Shown here piece by piece: positions 18,669-26,974 of a DNA stretch of 64,000 nt. Position 1 is the stretch's first letter. Each line of letters starts with the position of its first letter. A program made the translations under genes and the position numbers. The notes beneath the pieces are model-generated. The model did no database searches, was not told where the DNA came from, and saw only the letters and a list, made by a program, of their open reading frames with translations. The DNA lies in the sequence record PV472050.1; one strand, given 5' to 3'.

Positions 18669-19025
18669 ATGTTATCTATGAGTCGAGTCAAGAAGGTGAT
18701 GAAAGGTGTTCTGAAAGGTAACAGTCGAACGGCCGATAAGTTTGTATTACGGTTGCCAGTTGGGCTACGTGATAAGGTTGGCGAACAGGCAACGGCGAAT
18801 GGGCGGAGTATGAATGCTGAATTCATCATGCTCATACAGGCTGCGATAGGCAGTGGGAACACAGGTGGAACCCAAATAAGGACTATTCCATCGGTAGGTG
18901 GGCCTGTTCGGGTTGAAGGACTTCCAGGCGTGGTAACTGAATTGATACCGACACCGACTGGATTTAAGATCCGGGCAAAAACCTGTGAGGGAGAGGATAT
19001 TTATTCGTTATGGGAGATTGTTTGA
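18669..19025 (+). CDS. Arc-family ribbon-helix-helix DNA-binding protein, AmrZ(AlgZ)-like
   Basis: SRTADKFVLRLPVGLRDKV...A....RSMNAEFI matches my recall of P. aeruginosa AmrZ SRTADKFVVRLPEGMREQI...A....RSMNSEII. Confidence 0.85.
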   Translation: MLSMSRVKKVMKGVLKGNSRTADKFVLRLPVGLRDKVGEQATANGRSMNAEFIMLIQAAIGSGNTGGTQIRTIPSVGGPVRVEGLPGVVTELIPTPTGFKIRAKTCEGEDIYSLWEIV

Positions 19026-19026
19026 T

Positions 19027-19227
19027 ATGACTCGTTTCGAGAATTCGGATAAGGAAAAGAAACCCAATGTTCCTTTGCAAAACAAGATCGGGTTTGCGGG
19101 GATAGGACCCGACGATGAACCCATGCTGTGGACACTCACCCTCCCCGGTGAAAACTCGGTAGGTTACGCAGAACCTTTTCGGCCCGAGAAAGAAGACCTG
19201 ATCCCTCAACCGGTCTTCTTCGATTAA
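19027..19227 (+). CDS. Small hypothetical protein (66 aa)
   Basis: GGAGA RBS before ATG 19027 within ORF 18985..19227. Confidence 0.55.
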   Translation: MTRFENSDKEKKPNVPLQNKIGFAGIGPDDEPMLWTLTLPGENSVGYAEPFRPEKEDLIPQPVFFD

Positions 19228-19239
19228 AAGCGTCATATA

Positions 19240-19271
19240 CCCTTACCCAGCCGAAAAGGGCTGGGTAAGGG
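19240..19271. terminator. Bidirectional terminator between convergent genes
   Basis: Stem CCCTTACCCAGCC/GGCTGGGTAAGGG. Confidence 0.8.
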
Positions 19272-19291
19272 TTAATCTCTTTATTTTTTGT

Positions 19292-20347
19292 TTACTTCAC
19301 TTTGGTAACACACGACGATCTGACCAGTTCGGTGATACCGATCATCGTAGCTGCCACCGCCTCGGTGATCTTATCCACCTCGACCACCCCACTCAGCAGT
19401 CCTTTCAGCTCATCGAGTTGCTTATTGAGGGCTTCCTTATCGGTGTCGTTACTGTAGTGGTTGATTTGACCTTCCACCTTGGCAATCTTGCTCTCCAGTA
19501 CTCGGCGGGTCTCAAAGATGCTCATCCAACTGTTGGACATTGCTTCTTCACAACGACCGATTTTTCGGACAAATTCCTTAGCGGAATTGAGGTCTTTGAT
19601 CGTTGTCACTTTAGGCAAGCCGATAAGTCCATTCACGTATTGCTGGATACCAATAACCATGCCATCCGCTACGCCAGAATCCTCACCTTCATCTGCCAGT
19701 TTCTGGTACTTCGCTTTACGCTCATTCAAACGAGCCACCGCGGCTTCCAGTTTGGTGACCTGGTTGCGCATTAGACTGCTGTAAATGATTCTGGACTCAA
19801 AGACTTCCTCGATCACCTTCTTGGCCTGTTCGGGTTGGTGTTCCACCGGAAGGGCTTTAATGTCGTCAAGTTTCTTAACCACGGTCTCCTTGGCGCTTTG
19901 GTCCTCGATCTTGTTGGCGATCTGAGTGGCTTCTTGGAGAACAGGCCCCACGTTGGTCGTTGTCACCTTAGGACTCGCTACGGCGTCTATCGCCTTTTCA
20001 GCGGCCTTAGCGGATTCATCTACCTTATCCAGTTTGTCCTTCACCTTCTTCTTGAAGAACCCACCGAAGATCGACTTGAACAGGTTCTTGATGTATTCCC
20101 AGGCTTTCTTAATCCCTTCGCCAATCGACGACAGGAACCCCTCATTCCCCGCCACTTCATTACGGGTCAGGTAACCCGCGGTATGGAGAACGGACTGAAG
20201 GTAACGCTGATTCGCGGTCAGGTCCATTCCTTCAGTTCCCATGACCGTATCCGAGAGACCATCGAGCACTTGCTCAATGTGTTCCATTTCTGGAACACCG
20301 TCCATCAGTTCGTCTTCGTATTCAACCGTATTGGCTTGCTGATTCAT
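19292..20347 (-). CDS. Putative inner-head (ejection) virion protein with acidic propeptide
   Basis: Acidic N-terminus with G-T-E/G-N-E sites (S/A/G-X-E protease consensus) followed by the EGFLSSIGEGIKKAWEYIKNLF amphipathic helix typical of phiKZ-type head proteins. Confidence 0.7.
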   Translation of the reverse strand: MNQQANTVEYEDELMDGVPEMEHIEQVLDGLSDTVMGTEGMDLTANQRYLQSVLHTAGYLTRNEVAGNEGFLSSIGEGIKKAWEYIKNLFKSIFGGFFKKKVKDKLDKVDESAKAAEKAIDAVASPKVTTTNVGPVLQEATQIANKIEDQSAKETVVKKLDDIKALPVEHQPEQAKKVIEEVFESRIIYSSLMRNQVTKLEAAVARLNERKAKYQKLADEGEDSGVADGMVIGIQQYVNGLIGLPKVTTIKDLNSAKEFVRKIGRCEEAMSNSWMSIFETRRVLESKIAKVEGQINHYSNDTDKEALNKQLDELKGLLSGVVEVDKITEAVAATMIGITELVRSSCVTKVK

Positions 20348-20364
20348 TATCTGTTCCTTAAGGG

Positions 20365-23187
20365 TTAAAAGAGTGAAAGAACACTCCGGGAGGTATACAG
20401 AGAATGGGTTTCAGGTTCATCCCCCATATCAAACATTTCTTGGCCGGTGATATTACCCAACAACTCATGACCCTGTTCTTTACTCATGAGAATGTCCACT
20501 TGTTCCTTAGACCATTCCATGATGTTAATACTGCGGGTCATAATGTTGAGTTTATCCCCGGTGTCCATATCCAAGAGTTTAAAGTAACAGGGAGCATCCT
20601 GACCGGTACGCCAGGTACGGGCTTGGACCTGTTTCACTTCATACTCTCGGAAAGGGGCATTCAACAGAATGGTCAGGTTCGCCATAATCAAGGGATACCC
20701 TTCCTTCAGGGAATCAAAGATCGCAATCAACGCACGGAGAGTGGGGTCTTTCTCAAAGCGTTTGATATTGGTGTCTCGTTCGTTGCTGTTTTCACCGTAT
20801 ACTGTCACATTCGGATACCCGGCCTTCGTGAGGTATTCCTCGCAGAGTTTAAGGGCATCCACGTAGGAGGTAAAGATCAGAGTCTTCTTCTCCACGTTAT
20901 CGATGAGCTCAGGGAGTCCTGCGTGCGCAATGGTGTCCTTAATAGCGTTAATACGGGCTCGTCCTAAAACGTTCCCTAAGGCCTCTCCACGCAGTTTTAG
21001 ACCCAAGTACTTAACCGCAGACTTAATGTTCCTGAAATCCTTCAGGGCGGTCCCTTTAAGGCCCTTCTCGATGTCTTCTTCCACCCGCTTACAGAACTGA
21101 CTGTCTTGGTTATCCGTAAAACTGTTATACCCCCGGGTTCTGAACCGGTGAACAATCTGTTTGTACTTCACCAGATTCTCAACCGCTTTAGCATTCCCCT
21201 GGATGGACAGTTCATACGACGTCAGAACATCGTTGTAGAATTCCAAGAAGCTCGGCATATGTTTCGTATAGAACGCAATCCGTTCTCCAATGTAGATCTG
21301 CATTTGGAGGCGAATAGCATCCAAGGTGTATTGATCCGAATTCGGGATCTTCACCTTAACCAGTTCCATAGGAGGAGGATCGCCCAATCCCACCAGTTCA
21401 GGGATCGTAAACTTCATACGTCCAATACGTCGGCTCAGCAAATCCATTAACGAGGGACGGTTACGTCCATAGGACGCCATAAAGAACTCCCGAGCCTTCT
21501 TATCGAAGTAGGGATCGATCATACAGGTCGTTGGGAAGATCTCACTCCCCTGAGCCTTTAGCGGCGTCCCTGACATCGGAAGGTGATGCCCGAACAGTTC
21601 CATGTCGCACCATTCGATCAACTTCCGTGTACGGGCTGCTTTAGGGTCATTGAAGTTCTGGGATTCATCCAGAATCATCTTCAAAGCGCCTTTATGCTTC
21701 TTACTCAGCGCAATGAGGAAGTTCTCCAAGTATTTCCCCATACCACTGGTCATGTAATCGTAATGGACGATGTAGAAGTCATACCCTTCTTCTAAGACCT
21801 TACCGCTGATACTGGTCCAGATACGGGGTGGAACCTTAAAGTGCTGGAGGGGTTGTTCTACCCAGACTTTATCCACAATGTTCATAGGGCAAAAGACAAC
21901 CGTCGGAGCCGTATTGATCAATTGAGACCACGCCAAGGACGTAAAGGTATTGTGGGTCACGATGTAGTCATCCACCACATACAGCTTCTCGTCATTATCC
22001 AAGGCAATGCAGCAAGTCTCTTGATTCTCCACTTTCTCCCAGTGCGTCAGCTTCAGTTGCAGGTCTTCATACTGGGAGAAGTCATACATTCCCTGAACAC
22101 AGGGGTTGTCTCCAATTAACCCAGTCATCATCTTGCCGACGTCTCGGTGCTTAAAGTCAACCTTATACAAACCGTTAACCAACACTGGCTCCGTAGCTGT
22201 TCCTCCAATGGACCACATCAACCGACGGAAGTTCTCCATCCCAATCCGGTTCTCGTGATACGCGGATAAGACGGATTCACTGATTAAACACCCCACGTGT
22301 TCAATCACCGATGTGACTATATTAAAGCGATCCCGATACGGGAGCTCCAATACGTTGCCCCCTATTACAACGTCGGTATTGACCAGCTCCCTTGCAGCGA
22401 CTTCAGAAGACGTATCGCAATGGGGGTTGCATCCATTGATCTCACCCACTAAGGGGAAGTACACATCCTCTTTACGGGCTTTATGGAGTACTTCCAACGT
22501 GGTTAAGATTTCGTCGACCCCATTCACCGTGGTTTTCCACAAATGATACGGATGAGAGTCAGCCGTTCTACCGTCTTCGAAATAGAAGCGATAAACTTCC
22601 GTGATCCCCTGGGGGTAAATACTCTCCACACACGCGGTATCGCCTCCAGGGGTCACTACGATATCCTTGACCTTTAGGTCACCCAAGGCTTTCCATCCAT
22701 TTGGGACTTTAACCCGAGTTGAGAGAGGCATGGCTTTCCCTGAACCTGGTTTAGCATCCAGCAGCATCCCTTTCAAGTGATAACTGTTCACAATGATCGG
22801 GTATTGCTGAAGGAAGTCCAACTGCTGAGGAAAGGGAACCGTATTGAACTGATTCAGTTTCTTAAGATCAAAAGGTTTACCTCCCGGATTAACCGTATCT
22901 TTAATCCAGGTCTCGGTTTCAATGAGTTCCTTCAATTCACTCAACGCTCGTCTGCGGGTACGGAGGTTCCGTATTTTGAGGAGTTCCCCCACAATGTGGT
23001 GCAATTCTACCAGGAAGAAGTTATGCACCTTAATGGTGTCCCAGGATTCGCGTCGAATCTGATGTTTCGTTAAGAGAGAAGTGCTGTAGAACTTCTCAAT
23101 GTCTTTGGCTAAATCGTAATAGGACACACCCGTAATGTGTACGTAGTCTCCCGTTTGTTTGATCTTAACTGAAAACAGTCCTAACAT
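20365..23187 (-). CDS. SNF2-family DNA helicase, intein-containing
   Basis: Walker A PGSGK/TFT split by an intein; ILDESQ (DExx), MSGTP and helicase-C QVQARTWRTGQ. Confidence 0.92.
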   Translation of the reverse strand: MLGLFSVKIKQTGDYVHITGVSYYDLAKDIEKFYSTSLLTKHQIRRESWDTIKVHNFFLVELHHIVGELLKIRNLRTRRRALSELKELIETETWIKDTVNPGGKPFDLKKLNQFNTVPFPQQLDFLQQYPIIVNSYHLKGMLLDAKPGSGKAMPLSTRVKVPNGWKALGDLKVKDIVVTPGGDTACVESIYPQGITEVYRFYFEDGRTADSHPYHLWKTTVNGVDEILTTLEVLHKARKEDVYFPLVGEINGCNPHCDTSSEVAARELVNTDVVIGGNVLELPYRDRFNIVTSVIEHVGCLISESVLSAYHENRIGMENFRRLMWSIGGTATEPVLVNGLYKVDFKHRDVGKMMTGLIGDNPCVQGMYDFSQYEDLQLKLTHWEKVENQETCCIALDNDEKLYVVDDYIVTHNTFTSLAWSQLINTAPTVVFCPMNIVDKVWVEQPLQHFKVPPRIWTSISGKVLEEGYDFYIVHYDYMTSGMGKYLENFLIALSKKHKGALKMILDESQNFNDPKAARTRKLIEWCDMELFGHHLPMSGTPLKAQGSEIFPTTCMIDPYFDKKAREFFMASYGRNRPSLMDLLSRRIGRMKFTIPELVGLGDPPPMELVKVKIPNSDQYTLDAIRLQMQIYIGERIAFYTKHMPSFLEFYNDVLTSYELSIQGNAKAVENLVKYKQIVHRFRTRGYNSFTDNQDSQFCKRVEEDIEKGLKGTALKDFRNIKSAVKYLGLKLRGEALGNVLGRARINAIKDTIAHAGLPELIDNVEKKTLIFTSYVDALKLCEEYLTKAGYPNVTVYGENSNERDTNIKRFEKDPTLRALIAIFDSLKEGYPLIMANLTILLNAPFREYEVKQVQARTWRTGQDAPCYFKLLDMDTGDKLNIMTRSINIMEWSKEQVDILMSKEQGHELLGNITGQEMFDMGDEPETHSLYTSRSVLSLF
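21949..22734 (-). mobile_element. Class 3 intein (262 aa, Ala1 ... HN/Thr+1)
   Basis: Begins AMPLSTRV after GSGK and ends IVTHN before Thr; block B HLW, block F ETCCIAL, block G THN give the WCT triplet. Confidence 0.9.
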
Positions 23188-23216
23188 TGAAGTCGTCCTT
23201 AAAGAAGGGGTTTAAA

Positions 23217-24383
23217 ATGCGTCAAGTAGAAGTAGGATCCGTAGTCTATAACAACCTGGCTCGTCTATACGACCACCTGTGGGGTGGAGAATTGGTTGAG
23301 GTAGGCCAACGGGTAGAAGGGGAAACGGAATATCGAGATGTGCTGACCCTCGGAGATGTCGAGATCCATCACTTTTTTACCCTCAATAAGGAAGGTAAAG
23401 AAGAAGCCTACGTGCGGTATACCCGTGACAACGGTACCCTCACGTTCCGACTGAACGAGAAGTGGACCCAATACCTCTTCAATGACGAAATCTTCACCAT
23501 TCCAGAAGAGATCGTAGAGGGTATGGGGAGGGTCTCTATAGAGTTCCCCAGCAGTTGGTTACAGGTCGCGGCTAAACACCCCGCGGATGATGTGCTTCAA
23601 GATGACCTGAAAACCACGGATAAACTGGTGATTAAACTCTCCAATAAACTCCGTCATGCAGTGGATGTTATCACCAAGAAAAGCAACCATTTGGTTGAAT
23701 GGGTAGGTAAACGTGACCACGACCTCTACCTCACGTTCAAAACCAAGAAAGACGACCTTTCTTACTTTACGGTTCGGTTTGATAAAGTCTACCCTGAAGT
23801 CCCTAAAGAAGGGATTACCCTCGGGGAAGGGGAAACGTTGGAGATCGATAACCCCGATGACCGTCAGGACATTAAGGACCTTATTAAGTCTATCGGTGAA
23901 CTGGAACATCAAGTGAACCGCCAGATTCAATATTACCGCAAGCATGCGGACCTGACCGACGCGGGTAAAGCACTCTTCGAGCAGGAAGTCCGTACCCTTC
24001 TATTTGCTGCCAGTCACTTCAGTAAACGCATTTATCCTTTCAACAGTGTGCATGGTAAGGAATGGTTGGATAAGGCGGCTAACGAGATCCTGGAGCGCTT
24101 GTACGCCTATAAAGCCACCACAGACGTTCCCTTCGGGTTGGATGTGAACAGTTGGTTCGTGTGGAGTTATCCACTGGATGGAAGTGAGCCGGTTAAGATC
24201 ACGGATGAATCGGTTGACTTCATTGAACGCGTACTTAATCGGTACACGGAGAGTTTTGTTGATATCCTGACGGGTTTCCTTATGGATTTGAACCACACGG
24301 AAGTCATTCGCCCGTATCACTACGTGGTGCCTGCTGACCTCAGTGACGGATACTCGATCGGCTCGATTCGTCGGGTAAAATAA
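23217..24383 (+). CDS. Hypothetical protein (about 388 aa)
   Basis: ORF 23187..24383; ATG 23217 follows AAGGGG; followed by a hairpin. Confidence 0.75.
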   Translation: MRQVEVGSVVYNNLARLYDHLWGGELVEVGQRVEGETEYRDVLTLGDVEIHHFFTLNKEGKEEAYVRYTRDNGTLTFRLNEKWTQYLFNDEIFTIPEEIVEGMGRVSIEFPSSWLQVAAKHPADDVLQDDLKTTDKLVIKLSNKLRHAVDVITKKSNHLVEWVGKRDHDLYLTFKTKKDDLSYFTVRFDKVYPEVPKEGITLGEGETLEIDNPDDRQDIKDLIKSIGELEHQVNRQIQYYRKHADLTDAGKALFEQEVRTLLFAASHFSKRIYPFNSVHGKEWLDKAANEILERLYAYKATTDVPFGLDVNSWFVWSYPLDGSEPVKITDESVDFIERVLNRYTESFVDILTGFLMDLNHTEVIRPYHYVVPADLSDGYSIGSIRRVK

Positions 24384-24390
24384 CGAAAAC

Positions 24391-24432
24391 GACTATACTC
24401 CAGGAGAGCCGTTGGGCTCTCCTGGAGTAGTC
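24391..24432. terminator. Bidirectional terminator between convergent genes
   Basis: Long stem TACTCCAGGAGAGCC/GGCTCTCCTGGAGTA. Confidence 0.8.
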
Positions 24433-24436
24433 GGTA

Positions 24437-25069
24437 TTACGGTACACCCAATCGGGACTCTAGATCCTTAATGTATTCATCCCTGGCCACTAAGGCCGCT
24501 TCCAGATCTCGAATACGAGACAAATCATTACTGTCATCCGTAATCGTGTTCTTGCGGGTGGTTTCAAACACATCATGCTCATTCTTCGAGACATACCCAA
24601 TGACCGGTACAGTTCCCAAAGTGGATTTCCCTTCCACTCCGAAATGGGCTTTGATGTAGGTATCGAAATGTTGCATCGCCAAGACAAGGTTATCCTTCAT
24701 CTCAGGGGGTAACGCACCACAGTCGGTGACAATACACATGCGTTCGTACGAATACCCATCTACCAACGGGAAACTCTTCAGGTAGGTGGTCAGTACATAG
24801 ACCGGAGGACCACTCCGCGGTATTAACGACACCACCACGGCGTTTTCACTGATCGCCTTTTCCAGTACCGCAGGGTAATCTGCTTCGCTGAGTCCAATGG
24901 GTTTAAAGACCCGCTCGTAGATCTTAATCTTCAATCCCTGCATTTCAGGGATCGTTCGGGTGGCCTCTACGGTGTAGAACGTATTGGGATTCACCACAGT
25001 TGAGAAGGGCGCAATAGCTTCAAACCGTCCGGCTGCACCAATGGCTGGGATGATGTTTTGCTCAGCCAT
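24437..25069 (-). CDS. Conserved phiKZ-type putative virion protein (210 aa)
   Basis: Long ORF in a core block; function assigned from context only. Confidence 0.6.
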   Translation of the reverse strand: MAEQNIIPAIGAAGRFEAIAPFSTVVNPNTFYTVEATRTIPEMQGLKIKIYERVFKPIGLSEADYPAVLEKAISENAVVVSLIPRSGPPVYVLTTYLKSFPLVDGYSYERMCIVTDCGALPPEMKDNLVLAMQHFDTYIKAHFGVEGKSTLGTVPVIGYVSKNEHDVFETTRKNTITDDSNDLSRIRDLEAALVARDEYIKDLESRLGVP

Positions 25070-25072
25070 TCA

Positions 25073-26419
25073 TTAATCCTCCTTTACAATCCCGTCTTGA
25101 ATCATTTGCCAGCGCGTGAACATCACGTATTTCACTTTACCAATACGCTTGGCCACACAGACCTTATCCAAGCGAGTCAGACGGGTGACCCCGGGAGGCA
25201 GCAAAGAGAACGGCGTAACCACTTCAGCGGCTGCTACCAGGTCCTCCATTCCACGGATAAACGCCATAGTAGCCTCACCCATGGATCCAAAATCAGGATC
25301 CAGGGAGGGGATCAATTGGTACTGGGGAACAATTGAACGAATCTTCTGCATCCCTTGACGATTGTTCTTTTTAGCCACAAACCCAATCTGAATCGATTTA
25401 TACAGCATGGGTAGGGTTTGGAAGGATTTTATGATGAAGTCTTCTGGTATTGTTGGGACCAAGTACTGCTTGGCAATATCGATTTCAGTCTCACGATCGA
25501 CAATGGGGGAGAACGAGCTAGCACCGGTGGTGCGGTCTACAATCCCAATCATGTCGAAACGGGGGATGGCATAGAACTCCAGCGGGTTGAAGAGATCGGG
25601 GATCTTTTCTTCCCAATCTTCACGGGGATACTTCGAATCTTTCAAGATCTCATCTTGAATCTGTTCGTAGAGCTGATCTTCCGCCTCGGTACCATTACCC
25701 CAGGACAGGATAGACCAGTACCCCATGTTGAACTTGCCGGTGTTAATCAGGTCAAGTATCTGGAATTCTTCGACGTTGCGCTCTGTATAGGGCCAGCCTG
25801 CATTCCGAGTCGCTTCATGTTCACGTTGCGCGATGACCGTCGGGGTTTCCCGTGCGAACCGTTCAGCAATCTGCTGATAGTTCATGGTCATCAGGTTGTC
25901 CATCTCGTTTAACGGGATGGGGTGGATAATCGTAAACTGAACACGGGGATACTGGATCAGGAAGTACGCGTCAGCCATCCACAAGTAGAACGGCTGCTTA
26001 TCACCACCCACGACATGATAGCCACGAACAAAGCTCGGTAGCCAGATGGTATTATTGGTGACCATTTCACCAACGTCTTCAATCACAACACTGGTGGTGA
26101 ATTGGGCTTTGAGTAGCGCAAGGGTGTTAGGACGACTGTCAGTGACTTTCCCACTAAGAGCTTGTTCATACAACCAGTTGGACACACCGATTTGAGCTTC
26201 AGCAATCGCTTGCGGCATAACAATCTCTGTTCCATCGGTTTCGGAATAGAAATTGACCAATACGGTTGCACTGGGACTGTTCGCAGCCAGGGTAAACTTA
26301 CCCGGGTCTTTGGCGTAACTGTTGGACTTGTTCGACAGCTCGCCAATAGGGGAGGTTGTGAGTAGACTGTTGTCGTGAAGCTTTGCTATACTTGCGAAAG
26401 AAAGGAACGTGGTACTCAT
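25073..26419 (-). CDS. Conserved phiKZ-type putative virion protein (448 aa)
   Basis: Long ORF with a GGTGAG RBS; function assigned from context only. Confidence 0.6.
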   Translation of the reverse strand: MSTTFLSFASIAKLHDNSLLTTSPIGELSNKSNSYAKDPGKFTLAANSPSATVLVNFYSETDGTEIVMPQAIAEAQIGVSNWLYEQALSGKVTDSRPNTLALLKAQFTTSVVIEDVGEMVTNNTIWLPSFVRGYHVVGGDKQPFYLWMADAYFLIQYPRVQFTIIHPIPLNEMDNLMTMNYQQIAERFARETPTVIAQREHEATRNAGWPYTERNVEEFQILDLINTGKFNMGYWSILSWGNGTEAEDQLYEQIQDEILKDSKYPREDWEEKIPDLFNPLEFYAIPRFDMIGIVDRTTGASSFSPIVDRETEIDIAKQYLVPTIPEDFIIKSFQTLPMLYKSIQIGFVAKKNNRQGMQKIRSIVPQYQLIPSLDPDFGSMGEATMAFIRGMEDLVAAAEVVTPFSLLPPGVTRLTRLDKVCVAKRIGKVKYVMFTRWQMIQDGIVKED

Positions 26420-26908
26420 GATTGGCTCACCGTTGATGTAAGGAATACGCCCATGGTTTTAGGTATTGCAAAGGAGATGGCGGATAGATTCATAGAATTC
26501 GTTCTTAAATTCTTCAAAGGGGAGTCTGCTGAAGACCAACTGAGCAAAGCCCTTAAAGTTTCAGTACTTACTATTGCCCTGCTACTGTTTGGTTTGTTTG
26601 CGTTGTTGAGTAACAACCTCAACCTGCGCATGGATCTGGCAGATGCTGAAATTGGTCTGGCTAAGATTAATATGCTCTTCGACCCTACCGCGGGGGAAGG
26701 GGGACCTTTAAAAGAGTTCGTTCGTATCAATGATGCGTTGAGTCGACAACTAGACAGTGTCAAGAATCAAAATATCATCTTGTCGAAACGAACCATTACT
26801 GCGACGGCTGAAAACAAGGTACTTAAGGAACACCTACTTAAGGTCCTTGAAGAGAACAAGATTCTACAAAATAATAACCAAATGCTGTTAAGAAAATGCA
26901 CACAATAG
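26375..26908 (+). CDS. Membrane-anchored coiled-coil protein
   Basis: One TM segment VSVLTIALLLFGLFALLS followed by a heptad-rich C-terminus; the true start is probably downstream, at the ATG after AAGGAA. Confidence 0.65.
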   Translation: MKLCYTCERKERGTHDWLTVDVRNTPMVLGIAKEMADRFIEFVLKFFKGESAEDQLSKALKVSVLTIALLLFGLFALLSNNLNLRMDLADAEIGLAKINMLFDPTAGEGGPLKEFVRINDALSRQLDSVKNQNIILSKRTITATAENKVLKEHLLKVLEENKILQNNNQMLLRKCTQ

Positions 26909-26974
26909 GGGACGGTTAAATTCCACAAGGATGTGTATCCCATGTACACGCACCTATTAGAATGAGTTAACGTA

